A DNA stretch of 64,000 bases from a virus (taxonomy: Duplodnaviria; Caudoviricetes), in IMG/VR virus record IMGVR_UViG_3300043642_000037, positions 1 to 64,000 of that record; one strand, 5' to 3'. A program made the translations under genes and the position numbers. Below, piece after piece: positions 28,298-38,161 of the stretch. Position 1 is the stretch's first letter. Each line of letters begins with the position of its first letter. Below the pieces are notes generated by a model, which was not told where the DNA came from, ran no database searches, and worked only from the letters and a program-made list of their open reading frames with translations.

Positions 28298-29286
28298 TGG
28301 CGATGCCTACTGCTGTCAAGTCGTGGGCGGCCGGTCTGCTTCCGAACCAGCGAATCACGTTCGTTTCGCTGTTGACGACGCTCGGGACGTACATCACCGG
28401 GATCGCGAATCAGCTCATCAGCAGGGGTTATACCTGCGTCGGATCGAGCAACGGGGTCACAGCGGCGATGGACGGCGTCAACCGCTGCACCACGCCTTCG
28501 GGCTTCGCGGTCCGCGCTGCGAACACGACTACCGCGCAATCATGGATTGTAATCTCCGACGGCGTAACGCAGACGCTGTTCACATTCACCGGGGCGTCCG
28601 ATGACATCGCCCGGATCTCGTTCTCGCCCGGATCCTTGTTCGTTGTGGCGGGAACCGCGACGTTTGCCCCGACCGCGACCGACGAGCAGGTATTCATCAG
28701 TACAGTATCGCTCATTGGCGCTACCGCCTCATCGGACCGCGTGTTCACCGTCTGGGTGGACAGTACGCACCGCCTCTGGCGTGCCGCTATTTTCCGTGCC
28801 AGCATCGTGGCGGCCCCGCTGATCGGCACCGAGTTGTTCGACGCATCGCCATTGATTGGCGTCTCCGCGTTGCCCGCAGTGTGGGGCTTTGCGCAGGCCG
28901 CGAGTCTACTCGCAGCAACCAACAGTGCTGGTGCATACAGCGCGAATGCGGTCGGTGGCCTGTGCAAGACGAGCGGGAACGCGAGCACGCAGCTTGGCGG
29001 GACCATCCTGGCGATCAATGGCGCCTTAAACGACCCGGCTATCCTAACGGCCAATGGTAGCCTGTTCGCGGTGCGGTCGCTCGGGCTCGCAAGTGTAAGC
29101 GGTGGGTGCGTCGGCATTGTCGGCAACCGGTTCGACTGGTACGCCAGCAGCGACTCCCAGGTCTGCGGCGCGCTCGGCGGCGCCGCGACCGGCAAGGACT
29201 GGGTGCAGCTCAACAATTCGTCTTCTGGCGCCGCCGGAGTTCTGTGGCCTTGGGATGGTGTAACCGCTAGCTGCGTGACGGCATGA
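28297..29286 (+). CDS. Probable virion/tail-associated beta-rich protein
   Basis: Ser/Thr/Gly/Ala-rich, GSSNG motif, AAAGGAG RBS. Confidence 0.5.
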   Translation: MAMPTAVKSWAAGLLPNQRITFVSLLTTLGTYITGIANQLISRGYTCVGSSNGVTAAMDGVNRCTTPSGFAVRAANTTTAQSWIVISDGVTQTLFTFTGASDDIARISFSPGSLFVVAGTATFAPTATDEQVFISTVSLIGATASSDRVFTVWVDSTHRLWRAAIFRASIVAAPLIGTELFDASPLIGVSALPAVWGFAQAASLLAATNSAGAYSANAVGGLCKTSGNASTQLGGTILAINGALNDPAILTANGSLFAVRSLGLASVSGGCVGIVGNRFDWYASSDSQVCGALGGAATGKDWVQLNNSSSGAAGVLWPWDGVTASCVTA

Positions 29287-29411
29287 CCATTAATGGGACT
29301 CAGTTAACTGATACAACGGTGTTTCTGGGACGGTTGTGTTTACACGGCGGACTGCTTTTAGCCGATCGGCCCTCTATAATTTTGCTGTTGACCAACGGGA
29401 TCAGCCGGGGG

Positions 29412-30374
29412 ATGACTTTGATTGAAGCAACGCAAGGCATAGCCAAGCATGTCTCAACAATAATTAGAGACGCTAGCACGGGGCTCGGAGCCAACCTCAC
29501 GCCTGCTCTGCTTGCGGCCCTGGTTGTCCAACTAAAAAAAGGCGGCCTCACTGTTTACGCAACCGTAGCCCCCGTGTTGACAGCGGTCGGAAGCTCGGGA
29601 TTGCTGGACTTGGCATTGACCGGCGTTCATCTCGACACCTTTGGGGTTTCCGCGATTAATATTACGGGGCCTGGGATCGTGCCCAATGACGATTTATTTA
29701 TCGATGTAATCGCGGTGAATAAAACAGATGTGGTTCGCGGTGGAATGACCGCTCTTCCAAACGTTGTTGCCGCCGCCAGCGGTGGACTGCCTACCATAGG
29801 CGTTACGATTCCAAACGCAACCGCCGGAACGTCGCTTGGTTTGGCACTAAAACAGAACGTCGATGATGCAACCGCCGGCGTCACCACCGCTGTGAACTCA
29901 CACACTGACACCGCGACGTCTGGCGTCACCACCGCTGTGAACTCACACACTGACACCGCGACGTCTGGCGTCACCACCGCTGTGAACTCACACACTGATA
30001 CCGCGACGTCTGGCGTCACCACCGCTGTGAACTCACATACAGATGCTGCCACCTCAGGTATCGCCTCGGCTGAAACCGTGCGTGACGCCGTGTTGAATGC
30101 GTTGATGCAAGACCATGCTACGCCAGGAAGCGTTGCTGATGGCATTGCCATTGCGTCTGGTCTTCTTCAGGGAAATTTTTTGATGGACAACGTCAACAAC
30201 ACAGACTCCAATGGGCAAACCGCCGCGCGGATCCGGTTATGGCGAAGCTCCGCGGCGCTTGCGAGCGCGACGCCTGGTGGAACAGGCGAAGGAGAGTTCG
30301 CTATGTTTTCGGTTTCAACCTCGTATTCGAGCCCGGGTAAGATTTTAGTTCATCGCGTTACGAGAATCGCATGA
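29412..30374 (+). CDS. Probable virion protein with 15-aa tandem repeats
   Basis: GVTTAVNSHTDTATS x4; the start may instead be 29283. Confidence 0.55.
   Translation: MTLIEATQGIAKHVSTIIRDASTGLGANLTPALLAALVVQLKKGGLTVYATVAPVLTAVGSSGLLDLALTGVHLDTFGVSAINITGPGIVPNDDLFIDVIAVNKTDVVRGGMTALPNVVAAASGGLPTIGVTIPNATAGTSLGLALKQNVDDATAGVTTAVNSHTDTATSGVTTAVNSHTDTATSGVTTAVNSHTDTATSGVTTAVNSHTDAATSGIASAETVRDAVLNALMQDHATPGSVADGIAIASGLLQGNFLMDNVNNTDSNGQTAARIRLWRSSAALASATPGGTGEGEFAMFSVSTSYSSPGKILVHRVTRIA
29877..30056 (+). repeat. 45-bp tandem repeat x4
   Basis: ggcgtcaccaccgctgtgaactcacacactgacaccgcgacgtct units. Confidence 0.9.
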
Positions 30375-31222
30375 GCGGCTCCAGTCTTGTAACCAAAGGA
30401 CTCGTTGTTCCAGGGGCCCCGGCGAGCGGGCCTTCTGAAATATCCATCTTACCCTCGGGGTTTGCCGTCCGAACGGCGTTCTCGACGATTCAATCAGGGG
30501 CCCGGGTGACCGTAGTGGTCCCCACTGCGATCAACACCTGCCTCATCGCCGCGGAGAACATCACCGACAACCTGCGGGCGCAGCAGGCCAGCGATCTCGA
30601 GCTGCCATCGCTGTACAAGCGGGCGTTCCTCGTGGCCTACGAGACGGACGAGATCGCCCTCGTCCGGAGGTGACCGCCATGGATGACGTGGAACCCCGCG
30701 CTCGGGACATCGCCAACCTCCGGATCGAGGTCAGCACGCTGTCGGAGCAGGTCAGCGGGGCCTCGCTGCCCAAGGCGCTCGCCTCGATCCGGTGCACGGT
30801 GACGATGGCGGCGATCCTGGTGTCCGTCGCACTGCTCGCGTCGTCCGCCATCCACGCGTGCGCCGCGCGGGAGGTCAGGGATCTCCGCGGCCGCGTCGAG
30901 CGCCTGGAGGCCCGCGAACCGAATACTCCGATGCGTTGACCTTCATGATGTTGGATGGCGTGGGGTCACGCTGCTTTATCCCCTGGAAATGTTTATCGGA
31001 CGAGCAAAGCATGGGGACGCTCTTGCACCTCGTTTCACGCTCTGCGAAGAATAGGTGATGGTTGATGAAGACCCTCTCGGTACGTATTGGCGGGCCGGTG
31101 ATGGTTGAGACGAAACCAGGTCGGTTTGTTCGGCCAACTGACCCCGACGGGTCTCGTGATGAGTACGAGGCGCGGTTGCGCCTCGGTGCGTGTTCACCTC
31201 TTGAAAAAAAGGATGCAAAATA

Positions 31223-31708
31223 ATGGCAAGGCCGGACTGGGACACCTACTTCATGCGCGTGGCGTACCTCGTGGCGACGAGGGCGACCTGCGATCGCAAG
31301 CACGTCGGTGCGCTCGTCGTCGATCCCTACCACCGGATCGTCGCGACCGGGTACAACGGCGCCCCGTCGGGCATGCCGAGCTGCGACGAGGTTGGGCACG
31401 AGCTGAACGACAACCACTGCGTCAGGTCGCTTCACGCCGAGTCCAACGCGATCGACTTCGCGGGCCGGCTGGCGATGGGGTGTACGATCTACGTCACGGT
31501 GACCCCGTGCTACGACTGCGCGAAGCGGATCGTCAACGCGGGCATCGCGCGGGTCGTCTGGGACGAGTTCTACGCGGGTCGGTACGGCAAGAGCGGGCAG
31601 GTGGGCGAGTTCCTGGGCTCGGCGGGCATCGAGACGTCGCAGATGGCCCCGGACCAGATGCTCGCGTTCAGGAGCTTCCTGAAGACCCTCGACACCCCGG
31701 CCGCCTGA
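31223..31708 (+). CDS. dCMP deaminase
   Basis: RPDWD.YF, TGYNG, HAESNAI, PCYDC zinc deaminase motifs. Confidence 0.9.
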   Translation: MARPDWDTYFMRVAYLVATRATCDRKHVGALVVDPYHRIVATGYNGAPSGMPSCDEVGHELNDNHCVRSLHAESNAIDFAGRLAMGCTIYVTVTPCYDCAKRIVNAGIARVVWDEFYAGRYGKSGQVGEFLGSAGIETSQMAPDQMLAFRSFLKTLDTPAA

Positions 31709-31713
31709 TCAAC

Positions 31714-32067
31714 GTGCGGAACGACCAGCTCGAGGCGATCTCCCGCGCGGCGCTCGCGCACGACGTCGATCCGACGCCCTGGGACGACGCGCCCGCGTGG
31801 CGCCGCGCGGCGATGACCGCGGTGGCGCTGGCCTCGATAGGCGCGTCGGGGCTCAGCCGCGCGGATCACGCGTTCTCCGCGTGGTTCCTGTCGATGACCA
31901 CGTCCGGGTGGAAGTGGGGACCGGTCTTCGACGAGCGGGAGCGCATGCACCCCGGCATCGTCACGTACGGCGGCGGTCTTCCGCGCGCGGACACGCCGCG
32001 CTGGACGGCCCTGGTGGACGCCGTTCGCGCGGAAGCTAAGGTCGTCGGCCTGTGGGTGACCGAGTGA
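31714..32067 (+). CDS. RyR-domain-like phage protein
   Basis: H..W......GWKWGPV.D.....HP.IV.Y..LP. Confidence 0.6.
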   Translation: MRNDQLEAISRAALAHDVDPTPWDDAPAWRRAAMTAVALASIGASGLSRADHAFSAWFLSMTTSGWKWGPVFDERERMHPGIVTYGGGLPRADTPRWTALVDAVRAEAKVVGLWVTE

Positions 32068-32930
32068 GCGCCGTGTTCGTCTTCGGCAGCAACCTGGCCG
32101 GCCGTCACGGCAAGGGCGCCGCGCTGGACGCTCGGGTCAAGCACGGAGCGCGGCTCGGCGTCGGCGAGGGGCGGACGGGAAACGCGTACGCCATCCCGAC
32201 CAAGGACGCGCAGCTGCGCACGAGGCCCCTCGAGGGTGTTCGCGCTTCTGTGGAGACGTTCAAGCGCTATGCGACGGCCAATCCTGACCTTGTTTTTCAG
32301 GTCACGCGGGTGGGCTGTGGGTTGGCGGGATACACAGATAGTCAGATTGGTCCGATGTTTTCGGATGCGCCGGATAATTGCATGCTGCCTGAGGAATGGG
32401 TTTGTTTCCGAATGTCTGAAAAAGACCAACATGGTTCGTTTACGGACAAAATCGCGCAGGGAGAAGTCATCGCGTTCACTGGTCATCGACCGGACAAGCT
32501 CGGTGGATGGAACCTGGCACATCCGGTCGTAGGCCAGGTCAAGCTCGCCATACGAGGCTCGCTAGTCGACCTTCAGCCGTCGATGGTGATATCGGGGATG
32601 GCGCTTGGCGTGGACCAGTGGGCGGCCCGTGAGAGCGTCGCCATCGGCGTTCCGTTCACGGCCGCGCTGCCGTGCGACGACATGGACGCGGCCTGGCCCC
32701 CGCGGTCGCGGGCTGAGTTTCGCGAGCTGCTGGCGCTCGCGGCGCGCGTGCACGTCGTCTCGCCTGGGCCGTATAGGCCGTGGAAGATGCAGCGAAGGAA
32801 CGAGTGGATGGTGGACAACTCGCAGCGGCTCGTCACCGTGCACGACGGCTCGTCGGGCGGGACCTTCAACTGCATCATGTACGCCGAGAGCGTGGGACGC
32901 CTGATCCACCCGCTTCGCTGGCGGGAATGA
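32064..32930 (+). CDS. Fusion of a Macro-like phage domain (FVFGSN..G.HG.GAA) and a SLOG/YspA-like domain
   Basis: VFVFGSNLAGRHGKGAA...YAIPT...VGCGLAG; then IAFTGHRP...ISGMALGVDQWAA...RNEWMVD...GGT. Confidence 0.8.
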   Translation: MSAVFVFGSNLAGRHGKGAALDARVKHGARLGVGEGRTGNAYAIPTKDAQLRTRPLEGVRASVETFKRYATANPDLVFQVTRVGCGLAGYTDSQIGPMFSDAPDNCMLPEEWVCFRMSEKDQHGSFTDKIAQGEVIAFTGHRPDKLGGWNLAHPVVGQVKLAIRGSLVDLQPSMVISGMALGVDQWAARESVAIGVPFTAALPCDDMDAAWPPRSRAEFRELLALAARVHVVSPGPYRPWKMQRRNEWMVDNSQRLVTVHDGSSGGTFNCIMYAESVGRLIHPLRWRE

Positions 32931-32977
32931 TCCGATTCGCGTTGACGGACGCTCGTGGTCTACCCGATAAACATCAC

Positions 32978-33205
32978 ATGCCGAAGATTGCAACCAAATT
33001 CACCGCTGACACGATCATCAAGGTCGGTCGTCGGAGCCTAGTCGTGAAGACGCCGATCGATCTCGCGGACATCCGCGGCGACGACGCGGGCGCCGTCATG
33101 ACGGAGTTCGCGAGCGCCAAGGTCCGGGACTCGATGAAGGTGTCGATCGCCAACCTTCCGGCGTTGAAGAAGGCCCACAAGGCGTACAAGAAGGCGCATC
33201 CGTAG
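32978..33205 (+). CDS. Small basic protein
   Basis: MPKIATKF...; palindrome at 32958..32972 just upstream. Confidence 0.55.
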   Translation: MPKIATKFTADTIIKVGRRSLVVKTPIDLADIRGDDAGAVMTEFASAKVRDSMKVSIANLPALKKAHKAYKKAHP

Positions 33206-33225
33206 CCCGCGAGGAGCCGCGGGGC

Positions 33226-33325
33226 CCCTGGTTGACCTTTTCCGGGCTGAGGCTGGAACAGGTCAACCAGGGGTTTATCTTTTCCGGGCTGAGGCTGGAA
33301 CAGGTCAACCAGGGGTTTATCTTTT
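33226..33325 (+). terminator. Hairpin (14-bp arms) plus T tract, with a 42-bp tandem duplication of the 3' arm
   Basis: CCCCTGGTTGACCT...AGGTCAACCAGGGG-TTTAT; 42-bp unit at 33237 and 33279. Confidence 0.65.
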
Positions 33326-33671
33326 TGGAGGGGAGGCCAAAAAAGGTCGCCAAATCGGGCAAAAGACCCCGAGGAGAAACATGCCTGATCCCAAAACCCG
33401 CGAGCTTCCCAATCCGATCGAGGAGACCATCAACTGGTGCCGGCACAATCGGCCTGACTGCGTCGAGCATCTCGAGCGCATCTACAGGACCAATCGCAAC
33501 AAGTCGGACGAGAGCAGCCAGGCGTTCCTGCTCCTGATCTCGCTCGGCTTCGCCGCCGGGCGCGTGTTCCAGGCCGCGCCTGCTCACGATGAGGTCCCGC
33601 TGCTCAGCAAGTCGCCCTATCATTAGAAACACCCCACAAAGGGGCATAAGGCATTGAGGAGGAAAACGTCC

Positions 33672-34508
33672 ATGAACGCTTTTGTTGCGGTGTTTCTAGT
33701 CATGTTTATGGCCGCCTGCAGCGCGGACGCGCAGGACGGCTCGGTGCTTCGAGGTCCCCCGGGGCCCGACGGGATGGTTGGTTCCGCAGGACCCGCGGGG
33801 CCCGCGGGGCCCGCGGGTCCTGCCGGGGTCGCTGGTCCCGCGGGCCGACAGGGTGATCACGGCGCACCCGGCGCGACGGGGTCACCCGGACCGCAAGGCT
33901 CGCCCGGCCCCCAGGGCTTTCCTGGGCCTCAGGGACCCCTCGGTCCTGTGGGACCCGCGGGCGCGTCGATCGTCGGCCCGTCAGGACCCACGGGCCTCCA
34001 GGGTCCGCAAGGCCCCTCGGGAACAGGCCCCGCGGGCCCCGCAGGACCTCGCGGCAATGCCGGACCCGCGGGCCCCGCGCCCATCGCGTACGCGAAGGAC
34101 GGTCACCGGCTCGGGCTGTTCGTGGGCAGCGTCAGCTTTCCTACGGCCAGCGTTGGGATGACCGGCTCGTTCGTGACGTTCGGTACCGATGCGTTCTCGG
34201 TGTCGGACGGGCTGTTCGTGTCGATGGCACCGACGCCGATCTACTTCACGCAGGCGGGATGTCTCGGCCAGGCGTTCATCGCGGCGGCCGACGCCGACGG
34301 CGGAATCGCGAACCAGCTCTGGTGGACGACGACGCAGATCTACCAGCGGGGCTCGACCACGGCGACGAACATACAGGCCGCGTCTAAAATGGTCGCGGAC
34401 ACGTGTGTGGGCGTCGGCATTACGACGATCTCGACCTACGTCGCCTTCGTCCTCCCCGTCGCGTACAACATGAAGTCCACGCTGCCGTGGACGATCGTCA
34501 TCGAGTAG
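33672..34508 (+). CDS. Collagen-like (Gly-X-Y) lipoprotein
   Basis: [16 protein letters not shown] lipobox; long GPxGPx run; C-terminal globular domain. Confidence 0.8.
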   Translation: MNAFVAVFLVMFMAACSADAQDGSVLRGPPGPDGMVGSAGPAGPAGPAGPAGVAGPAGRQGDHGAPGATGSPGPQGSPGPQGFPGPQGPLGPVGPAGASIVGPSGPTGLQGPQGPSGTGPAGPAGPRGNAGPAGPAPIAYAKDGHRLGLFVGSVSFPTASVGMTGSFVTFGTDAFSVSDGLFVSMAPTPIYFTQAGCLGQAFIAAADADGGIANQLWWTTTQIYQRGSTTATNIQAASKMVADTCVGVGITTISTYVAFVLPVAYNMKSTLPWTIVIE

Positions 34509-34693
34509 CTCACACAAACGTCGCCTTCGTCCTCCCCCGACGAAGCCGCAGGCGAAACCGGGTCGAGTCACCTCCCCCACTGAACGCTCGACCCGTTCCG
34601 GTCGGAACTGCCCTACCGACGCTGAAGAAGCCAGGGCACGTGGAAGGCAGTAAGCGCGTAGGCTATTCCGGCCTGCGCGAGTTGTTACCAAAC

Positions 34694-34711
34694 CGCCCTG
34701 TTCGGGCAAGG
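34694..34711 (+). promoter_or_regulatory. 18-bp leader CGCCCTGTTCGGGCAAGG (copy 1; also 36495..36512 and 38137..38154)
   Basis: Identical in three places, each 7-8 nt before an ATG. Confidence 0.85.
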
Positions 34712-34718
34712 AGATATT

Positions 34719-35546
34719 ATGCGTATTTCTCATCGCTGTGTTGTTTCGTTTATTGCAGTTCTGTTCATGTTGTTTATTTCATCCATGGCATATGCTGCGG
34801 ACACGGCGGCACCTGCGGGCGCGGCTCAGCCTGTTGGTGCCGCAGGCATCATTGCTGCCATCGCTGCGGGTCTTGCCGCGGTCGTGACAGCCGCTGCTGC
34901 GCTGGTGAGCGCATCCCGCAGTGGCCGCGCAGCCGCGGCCGCGACCGAACATGCCGCGACCGCAACTGCAACTGCAACGGTGGCTGTTGCGCAGTCTGCA
35001 GCTGCCGACGCTCGCGCTGCGGCGGCAGAGACCCGCGCGGCCGCGGCTGCGCAGTGGGCTGATCGCCTTGCTAGCGCGCATCAGGATGGTGTGGTTCTCT
35101 TATTGACTTATCCCGGCGTGGCCAAAAGTTCACGAGAGCTGCTGACGACTAACGGTTGGCGCGTTCTGGCGTACGCGGTGACAGATGCAGAGCTTGCACG
35201 CGGCGAACTGCTTCCGGGCGGTGAGCGTTTGCTTGCGGATGTCGCCGCGGCCGACGCTGTTGTTGTGGAGGGTCTCGATGAGGCACACGTGGCTCAGCTG
35301 GCTGGCATGCGCGACCTTCGTGATCGTGTGCGGGCGGGCGCGTCGGTGTGCTTGTACACCGGAGGTCGTAATTATCGGTATGATCTCACCCTCTGGGGGG
35401 AGTGTGACCAGGGCGTCACAATGCCCGTCACAGTTGAGGCGGCTGTTAGAGGGTCGCTTGCTCGTCGCGAGGCGACTAGTCGTCGTCAGGGTATTCGTCC
35501 AGGTCAGTTAGCCGCCGCGCGAGAGGCCCTGATTCATTGTCAGTAA
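34719..35546 (+). CDS. Membrane protein with Ala-rich linker
   Basis: Signal/TM segments; follows the 18-bp leader. Confidence 0.6.
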   Translation: MRISHRCVVSFIAVLFMLFISSMAYAADTAAPAGAAQPVGAAGIIAAIAAGLAAVVTAAAALVSASRSGRAAAAATEHAATATATATVAVAQSAAADARAAAAETRAAAAAQWADRLASAHQDGVVLLLTYPGVAKSSRELLTTNGWRVLAYAVTDAELARGELLPGGERLLADVAAADAVVVEGLDEAHVAQLAGMRDLRDRVRAGASVCLYTGGRNYRYDLTLWGECDQGVTMPVTVEAAVRGSLARREATSRRQGIRPGQLAAAREALIHCQ

Positions 35547-35566
35547 AAACTACAGGAGAGACCCAA

Positions 35567-36430
35567 ATGAACGATCCATTCGGTGGTTATCAGCCTCAAG
35601 TGCCGCTTCGCACGCACCTCACGATGCAGATTGGTGGGTTCAGCTGCCAGTTGAACATGCCGGTCGCGACGCGCTCGCAGTACGTTGGCGGCGCCGAGGT
35701 GACCTCCCGTCTCGCGCCCTCCGCGCCGGTCGGGGTGCTTCGCGTCGACGACTATCCGGGATGCCCGGCCGACTGGGCTCGCAGCAACCATACGCGAGCG
35801 AGCTACTTCTTCGCGGCCCAGCCGGGCCACATGGTCTGGCTGGACCTGCGCGCGTGCGAGCAGAACACGCATCACGTCGCCGCGCTCATATCGGCGCAGG
35901 GCATCAACGCGATCACCGGCGCGCAGATGACCCCGCCGCCGCGCCTCGAGCAGCGACCGGCGCAGAACTACATCGCCACGACGTCGGTCAGCCCCGGTCG
36001 GTTCTGGCGCGACGGGTTCTGCGGGCGCGACGGACAGACCCGGGAGTTCCTGTTCACCGAGGACGTGGGGCGCGGCGTCGCCGCCCAGGTCATCGGCGAG
36101 GATCGCGTGCATGCGTTCGGCATCGCGCTGTTCAAGTCGGCCCAGCCCAAGCCGCGCCCGGCGTACAGCGGGTATCGCGGTGGCGGCCAGATGATGGGCG
36201 GCCTCGAGGGCGTGACCCGCGGCGCGAGCCGCGGCATGGAGGTCGGCGCCGGTGCGCTGGTCAGCCAGCAGGTGGAGCAGGACAGCAGCGCGCCGGGCTT
36301 CTGGCACGGGGCCCCCGACGCCGTGTTCGTGCTGTACTACGTCAGCGCGGAGGAGCTTGCGGCGATTGTTGGCCACGGCTCGACGCCGCAGTCCGAGGGA
36401 TTCATTCCGGGGCCTGTCGGCAACCCCTGA
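35567..36430 (+). CDS. Uncharacterised conserved protein (INAITG..QNY..W.DG..REF..GAG...Q family)
   Basis: AGGAGA RBS; motif pattern resembles an uncharacterised bacterial/fungal family. Confidence 0.55.
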   Translation: MNDPFGGYQPQVPLRTHLTMQIGGFSCQLNMPVATRSQYVGGAEVTSRLAPSAPVGVLRVDDYPGCPADWARSNHTRASYFFAAQPGHMVWLDLRACEQNTHHVAALISAQGINAITGAQMTPPPRLEQRPAQNYIATTSVSPGRFWRDGFCGRDGQTREFLFTEDVGRGVAAQVIGEDRVHAFGIALFKSAQPKPRPAYSGYRGGGQMMGGLEGVTRGASRGMEVGAGALVSQQVEQDSSAPGFWHGAPDAVFVLYYVSAEELAAIVGHGSTPQSEGFIPGPVGNP

Positions 36431-36520
36431 GGCTGTCTCGAGACGGCTGACCTTCGGGAGAACGATAATCAGAGTCCTGATCGGACTCAAATCACGCCCT
36501 GTTCGGGCAAGGGACTAGAC

Positions 36521-38134
36521 ATGCTTTCAACCGAATTTGATGAATATGGAGTAGATTTTGCTGAGGGGCTCAAGGCACTGCGCCGGTGGGACCGGTCGAT
36601 TGCGCCGAGCGTCAAACAGTATTATACTGACCGGTCATATTCGCAAGCTGTTCGCCGATTGGCTCGATATAGCCAGTCTGGTATGGATGCCATCGACGGC
36701 AGGATCCTAGCGGCGGGTTGGTGCTGGGCGTCGCCCCGCAGGTTCCATGATGCGCTCCCGTCGTTTCTGCACTTCTGGCAGCGGGCCGTCGACCGACCCG
36801 CTATCGTTGGCAGCAGCCATAATATCGTCGACCCGGCCGACGCCTATGCTGCGTGGACTCTCGGTGTGCCGGCGGCTGCCCTGCGATTGGCGTTGATACG
36901 TGTGATCGTCCAGGAGGCGGGACGGGCCCGCCGTGCCTCGCCTGAGGCGCCTTACCCGCGTCGCATCACTCGGACGAGGCACGATAAATTGGTCCGCGCG
37001 GGGCGCGCCGCCGCTCGGACGTCAGCTGGCCTCGTCGTCGACTCGGGCGGTCATCCGCTGCGCGGTCACACCCTCGGTCTCGACGCGTGGGCGGCTCTTG
37101 GTAGGGTCTCTCCAGAGATGCAGCGCGCCGTCCTATGGTCCGTGCAGTTCATGGCGCCCGGACTGATTCGATCCAGGGATCTCCCATGGGACGTCGCGCG
37201 CCGTCGGTGCAGTGGGCCGGTTGCCCGCTCGGCATGGGCGACCGGGCGGCGACAGGTGGAGATACTCTGCGCGCAGGGGCGTCTGGGGCCATGGTCGCTA
37301 TGGTTGCCTAGCGATCGGCGCGCGCTCGAGCTTTCGCGCGGTGTCCCGCCAACTGAGATGGCGCGGTACGCCCTTATGCGGTCGCACTATCATATAGGTG
37401 AGCTTACTACGCGAGAGGCCGGAATTTGGGTGTCAGCGGGACGCCCTGAGATTAGGCAATGGTACGTTGACCGCGCGTGCGACGGAGTGCGGCCCGCGAT
37501 GGTCGCTGACATGCGATCGATCGTGGGTTCTGCGCGCAGTCTGCGTGTGATCAGGTGGCTGGAGTCCGTCAGCCGCCACCAGGCGCAGTGGGACGCGCTG
37601 ACGAGGCAGCGTCCGCTGCCCCCGGCGGTGGCGCGGCATGCCCCGCTCGGGGCAACGTACCAGCTGGCGGCGCGTGTCGACGAGATCACTGACGCCGACA
37701 TCCCGTTGCTATCGGCGGGCCCGGTGGCTGTCCTCGAGCGCGCTGCGGCGCGGTGGACACGTGAGCAGGAGGAGCGGCTCGTTGCAGATGCAACGCCATT
37801 CGCCGAAGTCGCGCCGTGGCGCGACGCTAAGGTTGTCATTGACACGACGGCGACGATCATCGTGTCCGTAATTCGGACACCGGCGTCACTGGTGCAACTT
37901 GGGCGCGAGGAGGGGCACTGCGTTGGCGGCTATGCCCAGCTGATCTCGGCCGGGACCTCGGTGATTTGTACCGCGACGGATGGTTCGGGACTCCGGTCGA
38001 CCGCGGAGATCGACCCGCGACGCATGCGCGTCGCACAGCACTTTGCGGCGGCCAATACGGCGCCATCATGGCTCTCAGCCCATCGTCAAGGATTGGATGC
38101 CTGGCTCCAAATGGGTCCAATACAGCACTACTGA
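36521..38134 (+). CDS. Protein with a C-terminal PcfJ-like domain
   Basis: L...G.EEGHCVGGY......G.S.I.......RST.EI........Q.....N. Confidence 0.65.
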   Translation: MLSTEFDEYGVDFAEGLKALRRWDRSIAPSVKQYYTDRSYSQAVRRLARYSQSGMDAIDGRILAAGWCWASPRRFHDALPSFLHFWQRAVDRPAIVGSSHNIVDPADAYAAWTLGVPAAALRLALIRVIVQEAGRARRASPEAPYPRRITRTRHDKLVRAGRAAARTSAGLVVDSGGHPLRGHTLGLDAWAALGRVSPEMQRAVLWSVQFMAPGLIRSRDLPWDVARRRCSGPVARSAWATGRRQVEILCAQGRLGPWSLWLPSDRRALELSRGVPPTEMARYALMRSHYHIGELTTREAGIWVSAGRPEIRQWYVDRACDGVRPAMVADMRSIVGSARSLRVIRWLESVSRHQAQWDALTRQRPLPPAVARHAPLGATYQLAARVDEITDADIPLLSAGPVAVLERAAARWTREQEERLVADATPFAEVAPWRDAKVVIDTTATIIVSVIRTPASLVQLGREEGHCVGGYAQLISAGTSVICTATDGSGLRSTAEIDPRRMRVAQHFAAANTAPSWLSAHRQGLDAWLQMGPIQHY

Positions 38135-38161
38135 AACGCCCTGTTCGGGCAAGGATTCAAC

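Noticed and set aside
29877-30056. 45-bp repeats as a CRISPR or iteron array
   Set aside because: They are contiguous in-frame coding repeats with no spacers.
34694-38154. Classical integron attC sites
   Set aside because: The 18-mer lacks RYYYAAC/GTTRRRY ends and the long imperfect palindrome, and no integron integrase is seen.
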